Position numbers and translations under genes: made by a program. Positions 12,444 to 23,889 of a stretch of 64,000 bases of DNA are shown one piece after another. The notes under the pieces are model-generated. The model did no database searches. It saw nothing but the letters and a program-made list of their open reading frames with translations, and was not told the origin of the DNA. Origin of the DNA: Squalus acanthias (Eukaryota); the NCBI GenBank assembly GCA_030390025.1, contig CM059425.1:167588001-167652000 (forward strand). The letters are read 5' to 3'. Within the stretch, counting starts at the first letter, position 1; every line of letters starts with the position of its first letter.

Positions 12444-12479
12444 TTAATCTTCAAGAACTTTCCAAGTTGTGATGGGTAA

Positions 12480-14680
12480 TTATGCAGGAGTAAACCATTC
12501 CTTACATCTAAACTGTCAGAGGCGTTAAGACATGCATGCCACTGTTGAACTGTAACATCAAGTCACAGTAGCGGAAATTCAAGCAGCAAGGTTCTTTAAT
12601 ATTGATCATTCCCAAGTGCACAGGACATCATCAATTGTTGTCATTCAGCTCTGCCAAAAATAGGAAAATTACTCTGTCAATGTGCAGTTCGAGTGTGATA
12701 TCAACCTGAACATTCTTCATGTTAATGATTGGTATCCTGCAAACTGCCTTGATTTTTGTCCTTCGATAGTCCAATATTCAAGCTCTGTTCCATGAAGATA
12801 ACAGGTCAGATGGATGGCTCCTGGGGAATTCTGATTATCCTCTTCAACCTTGGCAGTTGACACCAGTTGTCATGTCAACCAATGTCAATTATAACACTCA
12901 TGTTGAAGTGTACTACAACGTGGCCAAAGGCAAAACCAAGTTGCTCAGTGAATAATGTTTTGAGCCTAAATATTCTGATTGGTGTTAAAATAAAGCTAAT
13001 TGGAAAAGCTAGGCTTTGGAGTCTTGAAGCAAGGATTCTGTTGCCTGGATCATTCAGAGCGTGTCTTGCATTATCGCCGAGAGAAGGTGTCAAGCTTAGT
13101 GGTGGAGTGATGTATGTTTCATAATATTGTAATCGAGAGACATCAGTATGTAGGTGACCAATGAACAGTAGCATTCAGGGAATGAGCAGGATGAAGAGCG
13201 ATTTAAGGCTGCTGTGGAATAGTATTACAGCCAGGCAGCCAGCATTGTCAACAGATCATTGTCATACTCTTTAGCTGAGCTCCAACATTGTCACTGTTAA
13301 AATGTTGTGAAGCAATTATTATTGTCCCTCAGTGGAGTTGATGGCTGATGGGTACTTCTCAGCAACCAAAAGCAACATCTCTGTGGGATGGCACTGATCT
13401 CATTGTTTTCTAGTTGCTTGTAAAATGCTAGCCATCTTGCTGTCCATCAACGTGTCCCTATCTATCCTTCCCATAATAACAGCATGCAGCTGCTCTGGCC
13501 TCAAAATAACTCCAGTAGCACACTACATGGTTGACTATTGTAGGGGGTGGTGGTGATAGGGTTCAGCCTTTCCCCTGACTCAGTGAGCGGTTCAAATCGC
13601 TCCCACGCCCCAGGTTCAAAACCTGGACTTATTTAGGGGTTGTGAATAAAGATGCAGTAGACAACAGGTTCCGATGAAAGAATTTTAACTTTTATTAAAA
13701 ATAAAAGGTAACAAACTTAAAACACACTTCACACTTACAGGTTTGGGGAACACATGGTTACAGGCGAGGGAGAAAGACAATATACAAGAAAAACCTTTAG
13801 CCCTCCCAAAAATCCCACTATCTAGCTAGGTTTCGGTTTCAGGAGATCAGGGATAATGCTCACCAAACAGGGGTTTTAACAGTACGAAATCCAGCCAGGT
13901 AAGTTGATGGTGGTTCTGGTCATCGAGTGTCTTCCTTTAACATGCGGCTTCTGGGCAGAGCTGAGAGGGAGAGTTGTGCCAGCGTTGTCGGCGAGTCCAA
14001 AAGGGAAGAAGTCTTGGGTTATGCTGCAATTATAATCCTTTTCGCCCCCCCCAAAACTCCTCACGAAAACTGGTTTTGTGATGAAGTGAATTGGTTTCAG
14101 GTGAGGCCTGTCCATTGTCTTGTTAAATTTTGATGGGCCATCAACTATGCTAAACCAAATCAAATCCTGGTCAATTGAAAAACCTCGTTACCAGTAACGG
14201 CTTTTATTGAGTCAAATGGCTTGCGTCCTGTTGATCTGTTGTTTTATGGAAGTTTGCATTGTTCTCATGTTTTGGGTTTCTTGCTGGGCCTAGCATTCCT
14301 ATCTTTATGCGTCTCCTTTGATGGGTTCTGTGTTTTGGGTGGGGCGGCCTTCTCCCAGGGCCTATTGTCCAAATGTTAATGTTTGCTGGGGTTTGAATTC
14401 CCAGACAATGCAATACCCAAAACTGCTATATACAGAGGTAGAGCCCACGTGCTGTGCATGTCCAGACATGTTCCTTTAAAGTTCCAAAGTCCTTATTTTT
14501 TTTTCCTTAGATTTTTGGGGATCTGCAAATTTTGGAAACTTTACACTATTAGCAAGCCAGTCAAATGTGCAAACAATCATTACAGAAGTCCCACCAACAC
14601 CTACTCAGGCAACTAGGGACTGTCAGTAAATTTGGCTATTTCAGTGTCATCCACATCCTGATAGCAAATTTTAAGAAGCA
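12480..14680. mobile_element. Old, highly diverged LINE remnants, interrupted by a solo LTR
   Basis: Patchy similarity to RT-coding sequence and a LINE-like 3' tail near 14600-14680; boundaries uncertain. Confidence 0.4.
13539..14545. mobile_element. Solo LTR (~1.0 kb)
   Basis: Begins TGTA and ends TACA, flanked by a perfect 4-bp TSD CTAT (13535-13538 and 14546-14549); AATAAA motifs inside; no coding capacity. Confidence 0.8.
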
Positions 14681-14704
14681 ACCATTAGTTTCCTTAGCGT
14701 GATT

Positions 14705-15450
14705 CTGGAACTAACAGCCCTGTATTCCTTTTCCTAATGGGAATTTATCAAGTCCTCTTTTAAAACTTGTTCTACCACCCCCACTGATAATCTGTTCCAC
14801 AATTCTACCAGCTCCTTACTCAAAATGTTGACTAATTTATCTATTTTCTTTTGACACCCTTAAATTTAAACAATGTCCCCCTTGTGCTCGAATCTTGTGG
14901 GTGACAGAAATTTTTTCCTGGATCAAAATTCTAAATACCCATGAAAATTGCAAAATGACTATTAAGTTTCCCTTCATCTTTCTATTCACTAGAGTGTGAA
15001 GTGCAAGGGATAGAAAATCTTTACTCCTAACTCAGCTTTTTAAGTCCAAGAATCAGCCATGTAGTCCTCCTCTGAGTCCCTTCAATAATTCAATATCTTT
15101 CCTGTAATATGAAGAAAGAAAACTGAACACAGTACTTCATTTATGGCCTCAACAAGGCCAGATGTAACTTCAGCTTTACTCTTAGCTATACATACCAACA
15201 TTTTATTTGCTTTCTTCACTGCTTTTAAACACTGAACCATTTAACAACCTATCCACCAAAACCCACATCTTTTTTCTCATGCACATTGTTAGTTAATATA
15301 TAATCCACATTCTCACTTTTTCTACCAAATCTCATTACTTTATACTGATCCATGTTGAACTCCATCTACCACCTCTCTGCACATTGACTTAGCCTGACTG
15401 GATCCCTTTGAATTATCGCATTGGTTAGCATCATTGGGTATTGCAATCAA
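14705..15450 (-). mobile_element. Old CR1 LINE 3' fragment
   Basis: Degenerate similarity to the CR1 RT C-terminus (e.g. AACTGAACACAGTACTTC corresponds to the LEYCVQF region). Confidence 0.6.
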
Positions 15451-16525
15451 TTTGGTGATTTGGGGGTAAACCTTCAGCTTCACCGCATGGGTGGTAATCT
15501 GACAGCGAAAATTCGCATAGACCTCCTCAGAAGGCGAACACAGGACACAACCAACAGAGTACCCTACGTCATCCAGTACTTCCCCGGAGCGGAGAAACTA
15601 CGCCATGTTCTTTGCAGCCTTCAACATGTCATCGATGACGACGAACACCTCGCTAAGGCCATCCCCAGGCCTCCACTACACGCCTTCAAACAGCCGCCTA
15701 ACCTCAAAAGTACCATCGTTCGCAGCAAATTACCTAGCTTTCAGTAGAACAGCGACCACGACACCACACAACCCTGCCACGGCAACCTCTGCAAGACATG
15801 CCAGATCATCAACACAGATACCATCATCACACGTGAGGACACTACCCACCAGGTACATGGTACATACTCATGTGACTCGGCCAACGTTGTCTACCTCATA
15901 CGTTGCAGGAAAGGATGCACCGGAGCATGGTACATCAGCGAGACCATGCAGACACTGAGACAACGTATGAACGGACACCGCGCAACAATCGCCAGGCAGG
16001 ATTGTTACCTCCCAGTCGGGGAACACTTCAGCAGTCAAGGACATTCAGCCTCGAATCTTCGGGTAAGCGTTCTCCAAGGCAGCCTTCGAAACACTCAACA
16101 ACGCAAAATCATCGAGCAGAAACTGATAGCCAAGTTCCGCACCCATGAGGACGGCCTCAACCGGGATCTTGGGTTCATGTCACGCTACATGTAACCCCAC
16201 CTGACGTAGAGTCATCCAGACTCGAGTCGTCGTTGGCTTGTACACAGGTGTGATTTCCAGTATAAAAAGTAAAAAGTTTAAAGTTTATGGTTTTCCATAC
16301 AGACTGCAGCATCTGACACATTAGACCCCCTGTGACCCCACCTCATTGTCTTAGTTGTATTTTGCTATGTCTTTGATATAATGCCTTCCTGACTGACCTG
16401 ATTGTCTCTCTGCCGAGGTGTGATAAAAGGCAGTCAGAAAGATTAACTGTAGTCATCTGACATTGTACGCTGCACAGGCATTGTTCTCTGTCTATATATG
16501 CTTTGCCGATCTGTGTTCCTTCACT

Positions 16526-16563
16526 TCACCTGACGAAGGAGCAGCAGCTCCGAAAGCTTGTGA
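16526..16563 (+). ncRNA. Minimal type I hammerhead ribozyme motif (Penelope-associated)
   Basis: TCAC-CTGACGA-A-GGAGC-AGCA-GCTCC-GAAAGCTT-GTGA: core CUGAnGA/GAAA, stems I and II, palindromic AAGCTT. Confidence 0.75.
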
Positions 16564-16581
16564 TTTCAAATAAAACTGTTG

Positions 16582-17474
16582 GGGGGAAAAATTAGGTCGC
16601 GCCCCATTTGGGGCGCAAATATCGTCTGGACGCAAATATTAGCGCCTGGCGCTAATTATCGGCACTGACTGGAAATTTCACTTTTACCGCCCCGGGAGGT
16701 GAGTGGAGCGCTAAATCAGGCGCTGCACACCTGTCTTAAGGCGCAAAGGCCAAGGAGTGAGGCACTAACTCAGAGCGCTGGCGAAGCTCATGTAATGTCA
16801 GTCAGCAATGGAACACACACACAATGGCACGGGCCAGTTCTTAAAGGGGATGGTTAATCTTGCTTTCCATCCACATCCTGTTCATTGCAGCCTTGAATCT
16901 CGGCCTGGAGAGACTTGCACATCAAATGTGCTGGAAAGAACAATGGAGAGTACCAGGCAAAGAGCTCAGAGTGCAGCTCCCACAGTCTCTGCTAAATCGA
17001 TACAAGGAATGGCAAATCAAAATGAACCTGCAAAGTGCTGCTCAGTACCCAAAACTCCTTCACACAACGTTGAATCTCTCCAGAAGTCTCTCACTCTCTC
17101 TCTCAGAATGCGTAGTTCAAAAATGCCACCAACAATAAAAGACAGGAAGAGGCCCCCTTTAAATAGCGCCCCCCCCAGCCCCACAGCGATTGATAGCGTT
17201 CCAGTCTTCTGGTCGTTGGATGCGCCAGGCGGTAAGGCAGGGGTCGCCACTCAATTTCCGCTCCGGGGCGCCACAAGGGCGTTGCACCATGGAATGACGT
17301 CACAATCTGCGCGCGCAGGTGGTCGCAGCGGTAAAGTTTAGCACCGCCGCACAATCTCTAGTTAAGTTCCCGAGCGGCGCAAACATCGCTGCGCCCGGGC
17401 GTTAGCGGCTTTGCGCCCCATTAGCGCCCTCTTAAGGCGCTAACGGGAGGCGCAACCAACTGAATTTTTACCCC
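16582..17474 (+). mobile_element. Harbinger-type MITE (family A)
   Basis: TIRs GGGGGAAAAATT / AATTTTTACCCC, TTG TSD; homologous to 40034-40926 and 59557-60450. Confidence 0.92.
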
Positions 17475-18479
17475 TTGGACTATAACCTGGTGTTGTGCGA
17501 CTTCTCACTTATTATTTTGCACAGGCTATACAGAAATGAAGGGATTAGCTGGAATTTACTAATCATACACATACAGTTCAATACAAGATGCTCAGTAGTT
17601 TCATGTTGCAGGTTTGCATAGTCTATTTGTTCATTCATTGATTATGCTGAATCCATTTCTTTATACAGTATTCCTTTGAAACAAAAGCTTCATTTATTTT
17701 GTTCATCTTAAGGCATACCATATTTCTCAGCTGTGTTTATAGCAACAGTACTCTTTTAACCTTATTGGCTGAAAATAATATAATGCCAATTTCCATTGCA
17801 GCCACTCCCCTTGATGGCTTTCTTGATGCTAGTGAATTTCTTCTGCACTTCTCTCATTGTTCTCCTGGTTATAGACACAGCAATAGCGTCTTATCCTCCC
17901 ATGCACAAAATCAGTAAACCTTGGTAGTTTTGTAACCGAGCTAGCACTTCATTTATAAGCACAGAAACAGTTCAAAGAATGAAACCCGTTTCCTTGTATG
18001 GGGAGTTACTGTATTGAGCTGGATTTTCTTCCATTTTCCCAGCCAATTTCGAGTGTTGTTGGGGCAGCTGGAAAAGGGAAATGGGGTAGTCACACATAAT
18101 GCCACATTCCCGCCCCTGACAGTAAAGATTGCCCACCAGAGGTGAGGTCAGCAGCCAGAAGTGCCCATCCAAATTCTTGTGGCTGTATGTAAATTGCATT
18201 TCAATACTGCTGTGATGTCAACCGTATGATTTCCTGATGTTTTCACCTTAGCCCGCCTATTGCTAAGAACGGCGGTATATAAGGGGCATTTATTATTATT
18301 GCTAGATAGAATTGCACTTAGAGAAATCTCACAGGATCTTTAAATCACTGTACATTTGCTACTCTATGGTTTTATTTTTCTTTATTTTTATCAAAATCTT
18401 GGTGGTAAGTTCAGCATCCACCTTATAAGCTGGGATTTCCTTTTATTACCCTGAGATATTCAATAGAGGAAGTAATTGA

Positions 18480-19066
18480 CTCCGAGCTTCCGGTCGCTTG
18501 TCATTTTAATTCACCGCTCCACGCTCACTCAGACCTCACCGTCCTCGGCCTTGTGCATTGTTCCACGGAAGCGCAGCGTAAGCTCCAGGAACAGCACCTC
18601 ATCTTCCGTTTAGGCACTTTACAGCCTTCCGGACTCAATATCGAGTTCAACAATTTCAGATCATAACCTCGGCCCCTACCACATATATATACATTTTATC
18701 CACCCTTTTGGTCCGTGCCTTTTTCCTTTTTTTCTCTCTCTCCCCCCACGGCAGCTGTCTCTGATTCTGCCAGCATTTCACACCTTACCTTTTGTTTCTC
18801 AACCTGTCCCATTACCATCTCGTCTTGCCTTGAGCATCTCTCAATGTCTCTACTCACTAAAGACCATCCCTTTTGTTCTTTTATTCCTCCCCCAGCCTCC
18901 CCCTTGCATTTTTATCTGTTTATTTCTTGCTCTTTCAGTTCCGACGAAGGGTTTCGACCTGAAACGTTAACTCTCTTTCTCTCTCCACGGATGTTGCCTG
19001 GCCTGCTGAGTTTTTCCAGCGTTTTCTGTTGTTATTTCGGATTTCCAGCATCCGCAGTATTTTGCT
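18480..19066 (+). mobile_element. Penelope-like element 3' fragment (second family)
   Basis: ELPVACHFNS...RKLQEQHLIFRLGTLQPSGLNIEFNNF, followed by a terminal repeat with a hammerhead-like motif at 18937-18972 (core mutated to CCGACGA). Confidence 0.88.
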
Positions 19067-19556
19067 ATCGAAGTAATGATGTTTCCATGCGGGATTCCCT
19101 CTATTTGAATCATTCAAAGGAAGAAAAGGTGCGTGGGAAGGAGCAATGCAGGGAGGTTAAGCTAATTAGGCATCACAGGAGGTATCTGGCATTTATCCAC
19201 AAGTGTCTTTGCACCCACATCGGGCAATGTGATCCAATGTCCATCTCAGCAATGAGCAATGCTTGCAAAGCTTGTGCTTTGCTAGTGGGACTATACAACT
19301 GTTCTGTAATCTCTTCCCAGGCAGCACAGAGAACAAACTTCTCGAAATAACACCCCTTCGACCCAAAGATGGCAACCCTCCTATTGCACCTCCCACACCA
19401 TTTTCCTTCAGGACTCTCTCAGTAAAGCTAGCAGCCCTCCCTCATCCTCAGCCTTGGGCAGTATCTTCAGCCATCTCTCTCAAGGAAGTGAATTTCACAG
19501 GAATTATCACTGCCCCTTTAAGGCACAGCACCAGCTCCTTAAATCTGCTACTGCAG

Positions 19557-20072
19557 CAGATAACCTATCCCCACGGTCTGCCAGATAACCTATCCCCACG
19601 GTCTGCCAGATAAGCTATCCCCACGGTCTGCCAGATACCCTATCCCCACGGTCTGCCAGATAAGCTATCCCCACGGTCTGCCAGATATCCTATCCCCACG
19701 GTCTGCCAGATACCCTATCCCCACGGTCTGCCAGATACCCTATCCCCATGGTCTGCCAGATACCCTATCCCCATGGTCTGCCAGATACCCTATCCCCATG
19801 GTCTGCCCGATACCCTATCCCCACGGTCTGCCAGATACCCTATCCCCACGGTCTGCCAGATACCCTATCCCCATGGTCTGCCAGATACCCTATCCCCACG
19901 GTCTGCCAGATAAGCTATCCCCACGGTCTGCCAGATATCCTATCCCCACGGTCTGCCAGATATCCTATCCCCATGGTCTGCCAGATAACCTATCCCCACG
20001 GTCTGCCAGATAACCTATCCCCACGGTCTGCCAGATACCCTATCCCCACGGTCTGCCAGACACCCTATCCCC
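19557..20072. repeat. 25-bp minisatellite, about 20 copies
   Basis: Unit AGATA(A/C/T)CCTATCCCCA(C/T)GGTCTGCC repeated head to tail without spacers. Confidence 0.97.
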
Positions 20073-20480
20073 AGAAGAGCACAGACCGCAAGAAGAGCTG
20101 GGCAATAAAGGGTTAATTCAAACATTGCAGCCGAAACTACGAACCTTCAAGAGATTGGCTCATAGACAATCTAATATACGAATCTAAAGGGGAGATACAA
20201 GAACATTTGCATATTCATGTACCTTAAGGGGTTACATTGTTCACCTTAGAGCATGGCCCCCGAATAACGAGTTTCAGAGCAGGCCTAGACAATGGGCCGG
20301 GCCTCGAACCTTTTGAATACGAATGCTAACAGAAACCAACAACTTCGCACATGCAGTCACTTTGGGAAGGTTGCATTGTCAAAAAGATATCTCAAATCAA
20401 TGGACAATACCAGGAAGAATTCACACATTTTGATATAGCCATCATATGCTCAGGAAGGGGCCAGGATATACTGAAGGTTG

Positions 20481-21754
20481 AAATAACAACAGAAAATGCT
20501 GGAAATACTCAGCAGGCCAGGCAGCATCCGTGGAGAGAGAAACAGAGTTAAGGTTTCAGGTCTGGGACCCTTCATCAGAACTGGAAAAAGCTGGAGATGT
20601 AACAGATATTAAGCAGGTGCAGAGACAGGGGTGGGGTTTAGATGGGGAGGAAGGAGTTGAAAGAAAATACTGTGCTTATGTAAGAGGCAGGAAAGATAAA
20701 ATGTTGCAAATGGGAATGGCAAAATCATACAACATGAAAAATGGGGGCAGAGATTATTGTCTGAAATTGTTGAACTCGATGTTAAGTCCGGAAGGCTGTA
20801 AAGTGCCTAATCGAAAGATGAGGTGCTGTTCCTCGAGCTTACGTTGATTCAGTGGGCTTGTAGTGGATGTTTGTCGAAAGCCGATCGCCAGAAATGGAGA
20901 CGGAGAAGTCAAGGAATGGAAGGGAAGAGTCGGAGATGGACCATGTGAAGGTGAGGGAAGGGTGGAAATTGGAAGTCAAGTGAATGAACTTATCTAGTTC
21001 AGGTCGAGAGCAGGAAACGGCACCGATACAGTAATCGATGTATCGGAAAAAGAGGTGAGGGAGGGGACCTGAGTTGGACTGGAACAAAGAATGTTCCACA
21101 TATCCCATGAACAGGTGAAACAGCGATTTACTTGTACTTCTTGCAATTTAATATACTGTATTCGCTGCTCACGATGCGGTCTCCTCTACATTGGGGAGAC
21201 CAAACGCAGATTGGGTGACCGCTTTGCGGAACACCTCCGTTCAGTCCGTAAGGGTGACCCTGAGCTTCCGGTCGCCTGTCACTTTAATTCTCCGCTTCAC
21301 TCCCACTCTGATCTCTCTGTCCTCGGCCTATTACATTGTTCAATGAAGCTCAACGTAAGCTCGAGGAACAGCACCTCATCTTTCGATTAGGCACTTTACA
21401 GCCTTCCGGACTTAACATCGAGTTCAACAATTTCAGACAATAATCCCTGCCCCCATTTTTCATGCTGTATATTTTGCCATTCCCATTTGCAACATTTTAT
21501 CTTTCCTGCCTCTTACATAAGCACAGTATATTCTTTCAACTCCTTCCTCCCCTCCTAAACCACCCCCCCACCCCTGTCTCTGCACCTGCTTAATGTCTGT
21601 TACATCTCCAGCTTTTTCCAGTTCTGATGAAGGATCCCAGACCTGAAACGTTAACTCTGTTTCTCTCTCCACAGATGCTGCCTGGCCTGCTGAGTATTTC
21701 CAGCATTTTCTGTTGTTATTTCAGATTTCCAGCATCCGCAGTATTTTGTTATTG
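20481..21754. mobile_element. Penelope-like insertion with inverted terminal arms
   Basis: 14-bp TSD TATACTGAAGGTTG (20467-20480, 21755-21768); RT fragment on - (FFRYIDYCIG, LPFLD); GIY-YIG on + (NLIYCIRCSRCGLLYIGETKR); arms ~20481-20848 and ~21342-21722 are inverted copies. Confidence 0.93.
21620..21656 (+). ncRNA. Minimal hammerhead ribozyme motif; mirror copy on - at 20546-20582
   Basis: AGTT-CTGATGA-AGGATCCCAGACCT-GAAACGTT-AACT. Confidence 0.7.
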
Positions 21755-22267
21755 TATACTGAAGGTTGGTTTTGGTTTAAAGTAAGAGCACTTCGAAGAC
21801 AGTGGGGGGAAGCTGACGGTAGAACAGCGAACAGAAAGATTCGGGCCTACAATCAACTCCAAGAGACAGCCGATCGGGAGTGGTGATTGTATGTTTCAGC
21901 CAAATCATAGAGGGGGCTTTTATGATTGAGTCCGAGTAAGTTTGTGAGTTTCAGTCAGATCACAATAAGGGTTTTGTGATTGAGTCTGGGTAACTTTATA
22001 TATAACAGTCAAATCGTGGACGGGTTTAACTGTGTCATATTGTGTCGATGCAAATGACCCTTGCATAGGGGTTTGTATTTTGGGGTTGTTAGCCTGATAT
22101 AAATCGTAGGGATTTATACTGGGGAAGTAATTGTGTGTGTGTGTCCAATAAACGAACGAACCAAAGGTTGAGCCAAAACCCTGTGGCGTGTGTATTTTGT
22201 TCTTATAAATCCTGACATCCAAGAACTGTGTGTAACGGGGGACCTGTATTGGAGAAAACCCCTTAGA

Positions 22268-23652
22268 GATGTTATGGAGGTGGAAATAAGCGCTGTTAGT
22301 TATGGCGCGGATATGTGGTCGGAAGCTCATTTTAGGGTCAAATATGACACCAAGGTTGCAAACAGTGTGGTTCAGCCTCAGACAGATGGTAAGGAGAGGG
22401 ATGGAGTTGGTGGCTAGGCAATGGAGTTTGTGGCCGGGTCCGAAGACAATGGCTTCGGTCTTCCCAATATTTAGCTGGAGGAAATTTCTGCTCATCCTGT
22501 ACTGGATGTCAGACAAGCAGTATGACAATTTATAGACCATGGAGGGGTCAAGAGAAGATGTAGTGAGGTAGAGCTGGGTGTTGTCAGCGTACATGTGGAA
22601 ACTGACGTGTTTTTGGAGGATATCGCCGAGGGGCAGCAAGTAGATGAGAAATAGGAGGGGGCCAAGGATAGATCCTTGGGGGACACCAGAGGTAACGATG
22701 CGGGAGAGAGAAGAGAAGCCATTGCCGGTGATTCTCTGGCTACGATTAGATAGATAAGAATGGAACCAGACACTTGCAGGAGATTGGAGAAAGATGCGAG
22801 TTCAGGGCTAGGGCAGGGGGAAACCTTAGAGGAAGTTTGCCCCGGTTGGCTAGGGGAAGGAAGGGAAGCGGCAGAGGCAGCTGATCGAATGGTCTCAATC
22901 TTAGAGACAAAGAAGTCCATTAGGTCAAGAAGGATGAGGAGGGATAGTTTACCTTTGTCACAGTCACAAAGGATGTCATTTGTGACTTTGATGAGGGCCG
23001 TTTTGGTACTATGGCAGGGGCGGAAAACTGATTGGAGGGATACAAACATGGAGTTCCGGGAAAAATGGGCACGGATTTGGGAGGCATTCAAGGACTTTGG
23101 AGAGGAAAGTGAGGTTGGAGATGGGGGTAATTTGCAAGGACAGAGGGGTCAAGGGTTGGTTTTTTGAGGAGAGTGGTGATGATGGCAGATTTAAAGGAGA
23201 GGGGAGAGTATCTGAGGAGAGAGAACCGTTAACAATAACAGCTAACATGGGAGCCACAAAAGGAAGTTGGGTGGTCAGCAGTTTAGTGGGACTAGGGTCA
23301 AGGGAGCAGGAAGTCTCATGGACAAGACGAGCGCAGAGAGGTCATGAGGGGAGATTGGAGAAAGATGCGAGTTCAAGGCTAGGGCAGGGGGGAAACCTTA
23401 GAAGATGTTTGGCCTGGTGGGCCAAGGGAAGGAAGGGAGGTGGCAGAGGCAGCTGAGCGGTTGGTCTCAATCTTAGAGACAAAGAGGTCTATGAGCTCCC
23501 CACACTTGCTGTTGGAAGTGAGGGTGGAGGTGACAGGAGAGAGGGGTTTAAGAAGATGGTTAACAGTAGAGAAAAGAAGCCAGGGGTTATCTTTGCATTC
23601 CAGAATGATCCAGGAATAGTGAGCAGTTTTTGGGAGACGAGTGCAGGACGCA
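22268..23652 (-). mobile_element. L2 LINE RT region, rearranged; continues at 28948-29570
   Basis: FHMYADNTQLY, HSTKTALIKVTNDIL and LGVIFDPKMSF motifs; internal duplications and deletions. Confidence 0.9.
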
Positions 23653-23889
23653 ATAATAAGAACATAAGAACATAAGAAATAGGAGCAGGAGTAGGCCAAT
23701 TGGCCCCTCGAGCCTGCTCCGCCATTCAATAAGATCATGGCTGATCTGATCCTAACCGCCAATCTACTATCACAGAACCATCTCCTGAACCTAACAGAAT
23801 TGGACACATGAAATAGGAGCAGGATCAGGCTACACGGCCCCTGGGCCTGCTGCGCTACCCACAGGGCCATGACCAATCCGAACCTAGAC

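Larger units (their letters stand above)
15518..17510 (+). mobile_element. Penelope-like element, 3' part with GIY-YIG endonuclease and terminal repeat, split by a MITE
   Basis: NVVYLIRCRKGC...WYISET...LRQRMNGHR...PVGEHFS...EQKLIAKFRTHEDGLNRDLG; CCHH-type linker (PCHGNLCKTC); hammerhead motif at 16526; 3' end resumes at 17475. Confidence 0.9.
20073..22267 (+). mobile_element. Probable LTR-like sequence interrupted by a Penelope insertion
   Basis: Non-coding; AATAAA near 22147 followed by a GT-rich U5-like tract ending CTTAGA (resembles CTTACA); 5' TG end not found. Confidence 0.35.

Noticed and set aside
16808..17341. 177-aa ORF recurring at 40320-40700 and 59797-60224 as a gene family
   Set aside because: It lies inside MITE family A; length and frame differ between copies and no domain is recognisable.
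18715..19350. 211-aa ORF and similar ORFs at 20530, 21460 and 57192
   Set aside because: Chance frames through the non-coding Penelope terminal repeat.
19557..20072. CRISPR array, or repeat-protein ORFs 19748-20116
   Set aside because: Units are contiguous with no unique spacers, the context is eukaryotic, and the ORFs are by-products of the repeat.
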